Source: Vicugna vicugna
Taxonomy: Eukaryota
Direction: 5' to 3'
Assembly (NCBI GenBank): GCA_013265495.1
Contig: MU058198.1
Span: 6,277,779 to 6,341,778, forward strand
DNA: 64,000 nucleotides
Part shown: piece by piece, positions 48,891 to 60,050 of the stretch
How positions within the stretch are numbered: the first letter of the stretch is position 1
How the letters are laid out: the number at the start of each line of letters is the position of its first letter
The notes under the pieces: model-generated
Databases searched by the model: none
Told to the model about the DNA's origin: nothing
What the model saw: the letters and a program-made list of their open reading frames with translations, nothing else
Position numbers and translations under genes: made by a program

Positions 48891-49919
48891 CCTCTTCTAG
48901 GATTCCAAAGCACATCAAGCAATAATGTTGTTGGAGGCAGGGGGCTGAATTAATTTCAATCCCTAAAAATATACTTCTCTTAAATTCCCAGTATCAGTGC
49001 TTTATATTCATGCACCTACTACATGCCAGGCACCATTCAGAAGGCAACTGCCCACCCTTGTGGAGCTGCTGTTCTAACATTAAAGCATGTGTATCGACCA
49101 CTTGGAATCTATGCACCCAATGAGGACATTCCCCGGCTCATCTAAACAGCTCCCAGACAGCGTTTTTGCAACAACAGAAGCTCCGTGACCACCAAGTGTC
49201 TCTTTCGCTGCTGTGTCCTCAAAGCCTAAGACAGTCACAGGTGGTCTGGATACAACTGTGGAATGAGTATATGAAGAGAATTTCACAAATTGCCTTTATC
49301 AAGAATTACAAGGATTGGGGAGACTGCAGAATCCTACAGGTGTGGTCACCACACCTGCAGGCAAAGGTGAGACTGGAAGTTGAGCTCTGGAGCATCTTGG
49401 GGCCCATCTGAGCGGGAAGAGGCAAACAGAAGGGGGAAGGCATCTTCATTATGCAGGAAGGAGCAGCCTTTCCCAGCCTCACACCTCCTACAACACAGAG
49501 GGCTTGGAGCCTGGGGATCAGCCCGGTTGTGATATCTTTGATGACCGCCTTTCACCTCCTTGTCTGCTGCTTCATGTCCCCTAGTTTGGATTTACAACCT
49601 ACCTTTTCCCACCTTTCAATCTCAACATCTTCTCTCCCTCCATTCCCCTATGGTTGACCTGCTCCCCCAACATGAACCCTACCTTGTTCACCAACCACCT
49701 GCCCCACCCCGAAGAGATGTCTCCCCGCTCTGAATTCCCAGTGTTTTATCATAATATCTCCCATTATACTGTCACCTTCTACCTTGGGCACAGCTTGGCC
49801 CCTGTCTTGGACCCCTTTGGGCTGTAAATGGCAGATCTCCCCACCAGCAAGGGGAAGCTAGATTTTGTCCTGTTGCCTATGATCCAGGATCCAATGACCC
49901 AAGGAGAGCCCAGGGCAAG

Positions 49920-52020
49920 CATCATGCTAAGAACTTGGCACACATCACAACTGCATGAGGTCAGTATCCATGCCCATTTTACAGATGAGAAAACTGAGGC
50001 TCACACAGGCAAAGCCACCTACCCAAAGTTACAAAGCCAGAAAGTAGCAGAACCAGGATCTAGACCCTTTCTGTGTCTTTCCAAAGCTCTTTCCATCATG
50101 CAAGGGACTGATTTGTCCAGAGGGAGACAGAGACCCAGGACATTCCACAGCCAGACCAGTTTGTTTGGACTCTGGCAAATCAACAGTGTCTCTGAAATAT
50201 CTTTTTTAAACATTGTATTATGGGAAATTTCTCTTTTACAAAAGCAGAGGAACTAGTATAAAGAATCCCATGTCCCCAGTCCAGCTTGGAAACTGCCACT
50301 CCACAGCCAATCTGGTCTCTCTGCACCCACTGTCCTCACCACCATGGGATTATCTTGAAACACATCCCAGAAGTTTGTACCTAAATGTCTTTTTGAAAGG
50401 TTTGCTCCCTTGCTCAGAAAAGACAAATAGAAGGTCGTTTCTTCTTAGACCCTGTGGCATCACCCTGTGGGGGCTGCTGACTTTTAGCAACGCGGGAATA
50501 ATGCAACCCAAGGGGCCCTGACCTGCCCTCACCACTGACTCCTTCTGACCCACTGTCTACAGACCCGGCTGAGCTAAGGGCAGGCAGGGAAGAAGGCTCT
50601 GAAATTGCCCTTAATGCAGCATCTTCAGTTTGTCAGCACCTGCATCAATCCCGCCACCAAGGGGAGCGCCTGGCACAAGCCCCCAGCAGAAACGGGGCTT
50701 CTAGAAATCCACCCCGGATACAGCCGGTGGTCACAGCTGCCTCGGCTCCGGCTCACCACTCACTCCTGAGTTCAGGAATCTTACCCCAAGGTCCCTGCTC
50801 CAGGTCCCTTCTCCTTGAGAAAGAAGCCCGCGGTGGAGGCAAATGGGAGGCGAGTGCCCTGGGGTCTGTAGGAGCCAGGCAGGAAGCTCTGATTTCACAC
50901 GGACCTGAGTTCAAATCCCAGCTCTGCCACCTACTAGCTGTGGGACTGCAGGGGAACAATGGTTTTTATTTGCTTAGTTGGGTTTTGGGCCAGTAAAGAA
51001 TGATCATTGCAGCCTTATGGGGTTGCTGAGGGCTAAATGAGGTAACGGGTATGAAACAAGATGTCTTCAGTCAGGATTTAAATCAGGCAACACCTGCGAG
51101 GGATCAGCTTGATGAGCTGACACGCACACCCCCACTGTCATTCATCACAGCTCTCAGGGCGGCCTCCTTGAAAGGGGATGCTCTTAAGGCAAACGGAGGT
51201 GTCTGGGCTCAGAAGCCACAAGACGTGAGTTCAAATCCCTCCTCTGACTTCCTCTTGGCCCTGTGACCTCAGAGAGTGACTTCACCTCTCTGAGCCTTTT
51301 CCTCAGTTGTCAAATGAAAGTCATTTCAAATCTGCCCTCCAGACTTGCAAAAAGGAGGAAAACGAGAGGGTGAGAAAAATGCCTGCCCCTACTTGGCTCT
51401 GTAAACAAGCGCTATTTTTGATTCTGTCCCTGGATCCTAAGTTAGAGTCACGCTGCGTTCCTCCTAAGGAGAGCCTGGAAGTCTTCCCAGGTCAGAAGCA
51501 GGAGGCTGTAACTGTACCATCTCAGCCTTAGCAGGTAGGGGGAGCCTGGCAGGGCCACAGGCAGAATCCAGGGAGGTGGCCAGAGGCAGATGTCCAAGGC
51601 TGGCAGAAGGTGTGAGGAGCACTGAGGGTCGGCCAAGTTGCCCTTGGCATGAACATGCAGGAGCCAGATCTGGCTGGCAGTGGGAAGACAGGCAGCAAGA
51701 AGAAGGTGCACTGGGGAGCCCAGTGTCCTTGGCAGGGTCCCCAGATCCTGGGTCTGAGGATCGTGACTTAATTTTATATCCCATCCAATGCTGGAGTTGA
51801 GGTTTCCATGGCTTGCAGGGGAGGGAGAGGGCATCGAAAGGGAGCCCCATGGGGAGGGGCTAGGCCCAACATGTTTTACAAACTACCACCCCCTTTTTAC
51901 AGTGGAAGAAACTGAGGCACAGACAGAGTAAGGTCATACAGCCAGTGGTGAAGCCAGGATTCAGACTGAGGCAGCCCAGCACAGAGCCTTTTCATCTGGT
52001 CTCTACTCTGTGCTGCCTCT
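49920..52020. mobile_element. Dispersed MIR copies (about 49920-50100 -, 50860-51060 +, 51200-51410 +, 51880-52020 -)
   Basis: cccattttacagatgagaaaactgaggc; gagttcaaatcccagctctgccac; gaagaaactgaggcacaga. Confidence 0.75.
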
Positions 52021-52534
52021 TAGCAGAGTAAGCAAGTTCTAGAAAAAAATCCATTCTTCCCAAGGGAAGTCTCAGATGCCCTCCAAAAGGTCTCCACATG
52101 TGGCAGGAGAAATCAGCATCCATCAGGCTGTGACTGCATTTTGAGACGCCCAGCCAACAGGACCCAGATATGGCTGGTTCTGAGCCTGACTCTGGTTCTG
52201 AGACACAGATCCACGGAGCCCAACCACTGGACGGGTGCATGGTGAGTTTTCTCTCCATAGGAGCTTTCAATTTGCTGGAAGGGCAGAGAAGAACAGTCGT
52301 GGCCCCCAGGAAACGTGGCCAACAAGAAACGATTTTAACTGTCTGGCAAGGGCGAATGTCCACACACTTTTACTGGGCTGGATTCAAGGAATTCAGCGCC
52401 GGGAGCAAGGAGTCAAGAAAAATGGCAGCAGATCTGGCATGAAGCTTCCCCTCTCGCTACCCAGGCTGACGGCCGAGCCTTGGCAAGTGCTTCCTTGGAA
52501 TTCTCTGGAGGCCTCTGCCAGTTCAACTGACAGG

Positions 52535-52548
52535 GCAGCAGATGGCAC
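52535..52548 (+). promoter_or_regulatory. CTCF-like motif
   Basis: gcagcagatggcac, one mismatch to CCASYAGRKGGCRS. Confidence 0.4.
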
Positions 52549-52839
52549 ACACTTATCTGCTGATGGTATTTTGATTTATTTATCTCTTACAGATGGTACC
52601 ATGCCTTGGTTTCTGGCAGGAGTTCAAAATATGGGTCAACTTTCTGGGGAGAATCGTTTCTCCAAGTGGATGAAATACAGGAGACTAAAATGCTGTCTGG
52701 CATCACAACTGCATCACCGTGGCCTCCAGATGTACCTTATGCGGGCATTTGGGCCATTGTGGGTGAGTCGAAGGGAAGAATTTGTTCTGAAGAATTTTAC
52801 AGCCGGAAGAACCTAAATGCTCATTTAAAATTAATACCA

Positions 52840-53395
52840 CAGTTGTTAAATGGAAGAGCTTTGGACTCACAGAGTCTTGAGTTCAAGGCTCAGCTCTGCC
52901 ACTTACAAGCTCTAGGTCCCAAGGCACATTCTCTGGGTCTTAGTTTCCTCATCTGCAAAATGGATATAATTGTCATCTCCACCACCAAGACATACCAGCA
53001 TCAGCTAGCTATTCCTGGGGTCATGTGACTGGTTCTTGCCTCTAAAATGTGAGTGTGGGGGATGTGTGGCACTTCTTGGGGCAGGCTTTGATGAAGCAGG
53101 TGTGCCTTTTCCTTCCTCTTCTGCCTAGATGCAGGAGGCTCCAAGGCCTTAGGAAATGGTGGAGACATAATATGGGAGTTGCCTGGTCCCCAAGTCATCA
53201 TATAGAGGAGAGCTGCCACGCACCAGGATCACCTGAACCGTTACATGAGCTACTGTGTTAATCCCCTGCCATCTCGGGAGTTTGTTACAGCAGCTGGTGT
53301 TACCTTATACATAGTTGGGAATCAAATGATACCACACATGTGAGACAGCTGGAGCATGACAAGAACTCAGCAAGTGCTCACAATTATTATTACTG
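52840..53395 (+). mobile_element. MIR split by a MaLR LTR (MLT1-type, ~52990-53310)
   Basis: MIR core ttagtttcctcatctgcaaaatgg, then ggtcatgtgactggttct..gagtttgttacagcagctgg, then MIR tail. Confidence 0.8.
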
Positions 53396-53914
53396 TCATC
53401 TTTCAATGGAGCTTGGTAAATAAAGGATATTGTGATCTTTTTATGTCATCCCATATGTTGGGTTTGGTTAAAGCAAAGCAAATCTGTTTTTCCCAATAGC
53501 TCAGTCTTTTTTTCGCACCCCTACCCATTTTTTTTTGTTTTGTTTTGTTTTTGATACTGTCAGGAATCCTTCATGCATTGTCTTATCTTACTCCCCAAAA
53601 GGATATTCTGAAAGGGAAATTAAGAGGGAGAGAGGGAGTATGGGCAGTTTTTTGTGGAACACTGTGGCTCACACGGGGACATTACAGCCCATCATCATCT
53701 GAGTCCCTGTTTTTCTTCTCCCTCAACACAGAATTCTCCACCTCAGTTCAAGATGGGAGGAGGGACTTAGGGACCATGAAGCCCACCACCCTCAGTTTCC
53801 AGATGTGGAAACCAAGGCCCAGGGAGAGGTCATGAGTTACTTAAGATCTCGTCATCAGTCAGACACTGAGCTGAAGCTGGAAGCCAAGTCCTCTGCCTCC
53901 TACTCCAGTAAAAG

Positions 53915-54411
53915 GTCCATCGACAGATGACTGGATAAAGATGTGGTTTACAAACATAATGGAATACTCCTCAGCAATAAAAAAGAATGAAATTATGCCA
54001 TTTGCAGCAACATGGATGGACCTAGAGATGATTATGCTAAGTAAAGTAAGTCAGAGAAAGAGAAATACCATATGATATCACTTATATGTGAATCTAAAGA
54101 AAATGATACAAATGAGCTTATTTACAAAACAGAAACAGACTCACAGACATAGAAGACAAACTTACGGTTACCAAAGGGGAAAGGGGAGGGAGAAAGGGAT
54201 AAGTTAGGAGTTTGGGATTAGCAGATACAAACTACTATATATAAAATAGGTAAACAAGGTCCTACTGCATAGCACAGGGAACTATATTCAATATCTTGTA
54301 ATAACCTACAATGAAAAAGAATTTATATGTATAACTGAATCACTATGCTGTACACCAGAAACTAACACAACATTGTAAATCAACTAGACTTCAATTTAAA
54401 AAAAAAAAAAA
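53915..54411 (+). mobile_element. Cetartiodactyl L1 3' end with poly(A)
   Basis: gccatttgcagcaacatggatggacctagaga, acagactcacagacatagaa, gcacagggaactatattca, A14 tail; no clear TSD. Confidence 0.93.
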
Positions 54412-54464
54412 GCAAACTCAGGGAAAGATATGGGAAGACAAGGGACCCGGGTACAAAAAAGAAC

Positions 54465-54730
54465 AACAGCCAACACTTACTGAGCACTTACTAGGTGCCA
54501 GGCACTCTTCTAAATCTCCATATGCACCAGCTTGTCTAATTCTCATAACAACCATATGAAGGAGGTACTATTATTGGGGCAGGCTTTGATGAAGCAGGTG
54601 TGCATTTGTCAGATGGAGACACTGAGGCCCAGTGAGGTTAAGCATCTTCCCCAAAGGCACAGAGATAGTAAGTGAAGTGGTAGATCCAGGATTCCATCCA
54701 GGGCACTCTTTAATTCCAGAGGCCTCACTT
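54465..54730 (-). mobile_element. MIR SINE carrying a 30-bp foreign insert
   Basis: cacttactgagcacttactaggtgccaggcac ... cagatggagacactgaggccc; insert at 54574-54603. Confidence 0.9.
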
Positions 54731-55523
54731 TCAATCATGTTTGGAGGGATGGAACTTGTAGGAAGCATTTGATTTTTCTCTACTTGACTCCAGGGAACAG
54801 AACTGAAACCCTGTGGGCCCACAGAGCAGCTCTCTACCTGACACAACCAAAGAAGAGTCCAGCCAAAGAAGGGCCCCTCCGAGGTGGCATTAAACTTCCC
54901 AGTTGTGAGAAGATGTAAGAAAGGACTGGTTACCACATGGAGATGTCACCAAGAGATTCAAGTAGCCAGCGGGGTATCTGACTAGGCCAGTGCTTCCTCA
55001 CATGTCGCACAGGTGGTCCATGACAGGGGATGTGGCGCTAAATCAACCTAAATCTCATCATGGGGAGTGATTCTCCCTTCCCAATGCCCTGCCAACCTGT
55101 CAAGATTACTTTCAGGGAAAAAAATTTCAGTTTTGTGCTAGCCTATCCTTAACATGGCCCTCACCCCTGCTAATCTTCTGTTTTAAAAAAGGAGGAAAGG
55201 CAAAAACATCCAGTTAGAATTTGATCGCACTGTTTTGTTTCACATGTACTCATACGCACACGCACATGTGTATATATTTCTCCTATTTTGGGCAAGCGGA
55301 GCTGATTTTCTATTTCCAATTGTAATTTAAAGCTTCCCTTCTAAATTCATTTATGTAAGGAAAATGTGAGCCAATATAGTGCAAAAAAAAATCCGTAGTA
55401 GAACAGGAGTATGTGACTAAGGACAAATTCATGAAGGTGTTATATACAAGAATAACTGAAGTCTGGTCAACACTGGGCTAAAAGAATTCTGTGCGCTGTG
55501 GCCCACTCCAGGCCGAGAGCTTC

Positions 55524-55637
55524 CAGGGTCACCACCCTGCACAATACTGGGAGCACCATTCACATGGTGATCTTCACAAATGGGATTCCCTGGAGTCGTG
55601 CAGTGCACAGTCTGCATGGCTGTACACGGCAGCCACG
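55524..55637. mobile_element. MER91-type MITE
   Basis: ctgcacaa..gcaccattcacat..gtgcagtgcacagtctgcatggctgtacacggcagcc. Confidence 0.7.
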
Positions 55638-55894
55638 GGTATTTTTAGAGTAACAAATATCCCAAACATAGGATGAAAGAGAAATAATCTTCTGTTCAGC
55701 TGCCCTGAAATTGGCAGCCAAAGCTCCTCACTCCAAATTATAACACTCTCTAATCCTCCTACAGTGTCCCCTTGTTAAGAGGGCCACCAGGCTGCCCAAG
55801 CTAATGCTGGTACCCAACCCATCCTGAGCGATGAACGGAAGAAGGCTGGGCACAGCGTTCCCCTTGGGGGAGGCTGCAGAAGGGTAAATGGCAA

Positions 55895-56280
55895 GTGAGC
55901 TGCACGTTCAACTACAAAGGCGGCGGGCAGACATCCTCCGACGCGAAGGCACTCGGAGAATACAGTGTCCATGAACTGTTCTTGGAAAAGCTAGTTGACA
56001 CTGAAATCCAGTTCACCCAGGGATGAACCAAAATAAACTCAAGAATGGAGAATTCATAGTTAAAAAAAAAAAACCACAGTGAGTAAGGAATCTATGTAAA
56101 CATACAAACAAAATGAAACTATGGGAGCTATTAGGGGGTTACAACCCAGAGGTTGTAATGCACACTTGACATGGTAAAGCTCATATAAACATCAAAAATC
56201 AGGAGGTCAGAGCGGTAGGAATGCTGGTACTCTCATGTGTCTCAGGAGGAGTGGACACTGGAAACACCTTTGTTTAAAGA
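55895..56280 (+). mobile_element. HAL1 / L1 ORF1 C-terminal fossil
   Basis: 55901-56026 translates CTFNYKGGGQTSSDAKALGEYSVHELFLEKLVDTEIQFTQG*, resembling the L1 ORF1p C-terminal domain (SF.Y.G...TFSD...L.E.....L). Confidence 0.6.
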
Positions 56281-56714
56281 CTGCAATCACAATCCTCCCC
56301 TCCTGCCCAAGCCACAAAGGTAACTACCCACCCAGGGTCAAATGACAGGGCAGAAGAGACGGGAGATTAGAATTCACACCTGACATGAACACATGGACCT
56401 CACTTGTCCACAGGGACCCCAATATGGCTCTCTGACCCAGGGTCACTGAGAAAGAGCCTCTCATGTCCTGGGAATTTCCCAAGCTGATTAAAAAAGAAAG
56501 AAAGAAAATCAACTTACACTCACCCATGCCAAGTCAGTCCTAAACATCTCCCCCTCTCCCTCCGTCTCTTTCTCTCACACACACACTCATCTCTCTCGAG
56601 GTCCATTGCCTCAGCCTCTTCCCCGGCCTCTCTGCCTCCACACTGTCACCCACAAGGATGTTTATGGAGCCACTTAACTCCAGTTCTCACTAGAACCATC
56701 GTACCCTCAGACAT

Positions 56715-57050
56715 TTATTAAAAATGGAGACTACCAAAAATGCACATTCTCTGTGACCCAACTATTTCATTTCCTGGAATCCATCTTACAGACATACTCA
56801 TACGGGTGCAAAACAAACACCAGGTCAAGATCATTCATTGCACCATTATTTTAATAACAAAGGACTGGAAATAACCTAAATTCCCAGTAATTAAATAAGA
56901 AATACACTTTCAATTTATGGAAAACTCACACCTATTAAAACAAACAAGGTAGCTCTTTCTCTCTCTCCCTCAGAATATTAACACAGACTATTAATATTAA
57001 TTAGTATGAATACAGAATATCAATATTCCATGAAAAAGTGGGTACCCTGC
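56715..57050 (+). mobile_element. L1ME-type fragment
   Basis: tgtgacccaactatttcatttcctggaatc, ttcattgcaccattattttaataacaaaggactggaaataacctaaa. Confidence 0.65.
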
Positions 57051-57146
57051 TAACGTCTGAGACCCACTGCTCTTACGGAATAAATCTAAAAATCCCATCT
57101 GCTCCTTCTTTTCTCCACCATGGTCTCAGCCTTCTCCCTCAGACAC

Positions 57147-57635
57147 TGTATGAGTTTTCTCTGGTTCCTATAACAAGTTACCGCAAGCTTAAAGGCTTAA
57201 ACAATACAAAATTTTTATCTTCTAATTCCACAGGGCAGAATTCCAACGTGGGTCCCACTGGGTTAAAATCACGGTGGTGGGGCTATGCTCCTCTGCAGAG
57301 GCTCTCAGGACGAGTCTCTGGCCTCTTCCAGTTTCTCATGGTCGCCCTCATTCCTTGACTGCCCACCCCTCCCTCCATCTGCAAATTCAGCCATGGCGCG
57401 TCTCTCTTCTTCCTTAGGCACAACTCCCTCTCTGACCACAACTGGGAAAGGTTCTCCTCTTTTAAGGACTCAGGGGATTAGGTTGCGGCTATCTAGAAAA
57501 TTCAGGATCTCCCCAACTCAAAATCCTTAATTTAATCGCAGCTGAAAAAGTCTCTGTTCACCACTGCAGGTGGCATAGTCACAGGTCACAGAGATTCTGA
57601 CACGTCTTGGAGGGGGCAATGCTCTGCCCACCACG
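57147..57635 (-). mobile_element. MaLR solo LTR (MLT1C/D-like)
   Basis: tgta start, ccaccacg end, 5-bp TSD gacac/gatac; ggcttaaacaa, ttttaaggactca. Confidence 0.85.
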
Positions 57636-57639
57636 GATA

Positions 57640-58020
57640 CCCTGGGCTCCAGCCATCCAAGCACTCATCACGTCTCATCAAACCCAAGACCTCATGATGA
57701 CGCACCCGTTCCTCTGCCTGAAAGTTTCTTTCTAACATGCCGGATTCCTTCTCGAACCTTCAAGGCTGTATTCCATGGCCCCCTCCACTGCGAAAACCCT
57801 CCCAGATTCCCCCAAGCAGAATTAGTGACACTGCTTGCATCTTGTAAAGACCCCTCTGTAGGACACTCGTCCCTGGGCATGTGAATTATTTGTCTTGTGT
57901 GCACCTCTCAGTGGCCAGCATGCAACTTCAGAGTGAAAGCTTATTCAACCACACATCCCCACCATTTCAGCACGATGCCCGGCACACAGGAGGGTTAGCA
58001 AACACTGAAGGAAGGAATGA
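57640..58020 (+). mobile_element. L2 fragment
   Basis: gttcctctgcctgaaa, tgcccggcacacagg, gaaggaaggaatga. Confidence 0.55.
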
Positions 58021-58394
58021 CTTAATCCTTTCTATTTCACTATGGTGTGCAATATATAAAACATATATATTATGGGTATATATGTATGTTATATATACAC
58101 GTGTGTGTACCTATGTGTATATACATATATACATATACATTTACTTATTTATATTTACATAATTTATAATCCAAAATATGATTTTGTGCACTCATTGTTA
58201 TGTTCATGTCGTTGTTGTTAATCCACACGCCTGGCATATGATAGGAGCTCAATAAATATTTGCTGAGTAAATAAATTAATACACATACACAATATTGATT
58301 GAACTTTTTCTATAATCCAGGCATCTAGCGAAGCACCTTACAAGCTCGGCCTCCCTCATTAATTTCTCCACAGTAACTCTCAGTGGAGTGCCAC

Positions 58395-58725
58395 TGTATC
58401 CGTTTGGGTAGTGAATAGTAGCTGCTGTTACAAACACCTCAAAATCTTAAAGGCTTATTTCTCAGCTGCCTCTCCCCCATGACTGCCATCCACGAGGTGA
58501 CTCAGGGACCCAGGCTCCTTCCATGGTGTGGGTACCATCGAGGAAGGAGAGAAAGCATAGGGAAGGCAGGCTGTACACTTACCCACCTCTGCCCAGAAGG
58601 GACATACATCACTTCCACTCACACCACACTGGCCACACCAGTCACACGGCCAGTCCAACTGCAAAGGAAGCTGGGAAATGCAGAGACGCTCACAGATGCT
58701 GACAAGTGTAGCAGTCTCTGCCACA
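58395..58725 (-). mobile_element. MaLR LTR (MLT1I/J-like) inside a MIR
   Basis: tagctgctgttacaaaca, gactcagggacccaggct, catcacttccactcac, gaagctgggaaatgcag. Confidence 0.75.
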
Positions 58726-59029
58726 ATTATTATCTTCCTCACTTTCCAGCTGAAGACACAGAGGTTCAGAGGAATGGAGAGGGTGTCTAGGAGACCAGTT
58801 CAACCCCAGGCGTGTCTGCCTGCACAGACCACACTCCTAACCATTGCCTGCTCACACTCATATATCCCATGTGCTCAAAAGTTAGGCTACCATAAGGGTG
58901 AAGGCCTGGGACCTTGCTGAGTGGCAGGAAGGTCCCCACCGTGAGATGGGACATTTCCCCTGGTCAATCCCCACAGCGGATAATCCACACAGAGAGAATC
59001 AGGAGTTGGCTGGCTTGCACTCCACCATC

Positions 59030-60050
59030 TATTTCCTCACCCTCCAGTGTCAGTTTATTCATAAGCATCTGAATGATGACATGAGGCAGATGTTATGTGC
59101 TTGATTTTCCCCTCCAGACTCTTGCAAGAGGGGAAACAAAATCTATTTTTTTAAAGCGAGCATTAGATGACGCCCGAACAAAACCAATCACTCAGGACGA
59201 GCGGCTCTCTAAGCTTCCCACAGACGTTCTCGGACTGTAATTTCTGGGGTTTGCTCGGCAGTTGTGTACTGTCTGCAAAGAAATATTGCTCTTCCCTGTA
59301 TATGTTTCTCCTCTCCTCCTCCCTGTAACCTTCCCCGACGGTGTTTGCCCTCTGCCCTTGCAGTTTAAAATTGTAACAGAAAGATTTCCCCTAACCCCCC
59401 GGGTTGCTTTGCCCGACATCAATCCCGGACCCTGCGTCCTCTCTCCAGACCCTATCATTCTTGTCTGCCTGTTCCTTGTCTTCCAGCATCAGCATCTCTA
59501 GGCTGACACAACTGTAATTACAAGTCAGTTTGCAATTATTCAGGGCTGATTATTCAGCAAGTAGGTTCCTCAGGCTTCTTGCTTCCCCCTTCTCTGTGGG
59601 CGTGGCTCCACTCATTAGCATCTCCATCAGCAGGGAAGAAAGGAAGAGAAAGTTTGCAGAAGTCCCATTCATCAAGACCAGCTCCCGGTCAGCCACTTCT
59701 GTTTGGCGGGGAGGCAACTCGGACACTGGACTCATCGGCTCATGCTGCCGCTTCCCCAGTGTAAAATTGATGTTTACAATTATTTTTCCAGAAAGGAGAA
59801 GGGAGCTATGGCCAGTACCAGATTGGATCTCCCATCCTCAAGGCTGCTCTCACTGGCCTGTGATGTCTGCACACTTGACAGCAGCCTGAGCACTTGTGTG
59901 AGCTGTGAGCGTGTGCGTGCCAGACACCCCAGGTTGTCCGCTACAGCACACAGCTTGATAGCAGGGGCTGTCTCTTTACAGCATGAAATATGTCCAAGGG
60001 ATCATTGTGTAATGGCATATCTAATAAATGGAATGAATTTTTAAAAAACA
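59030..60050. promoter_or_regulatory. Candidate enhancer / conserved non-coding block
   Basis: ~1 kb with no recognisable repeat; octamer-like, FOX, GC-box and TAATTA motifs. Confidence 0.4.

Noticed and set aside
50653..50670. CTCF-like ccaccaaggggagcgc
   Set aside because: Two mismatches at highly constrained core positions.
52235..52816. 193-aa ORF as a single-exon gene
   Set aside because: GTG start, no recognisable domain, composition like random sequence; only the internal splice-site pattern was kept as a finding.
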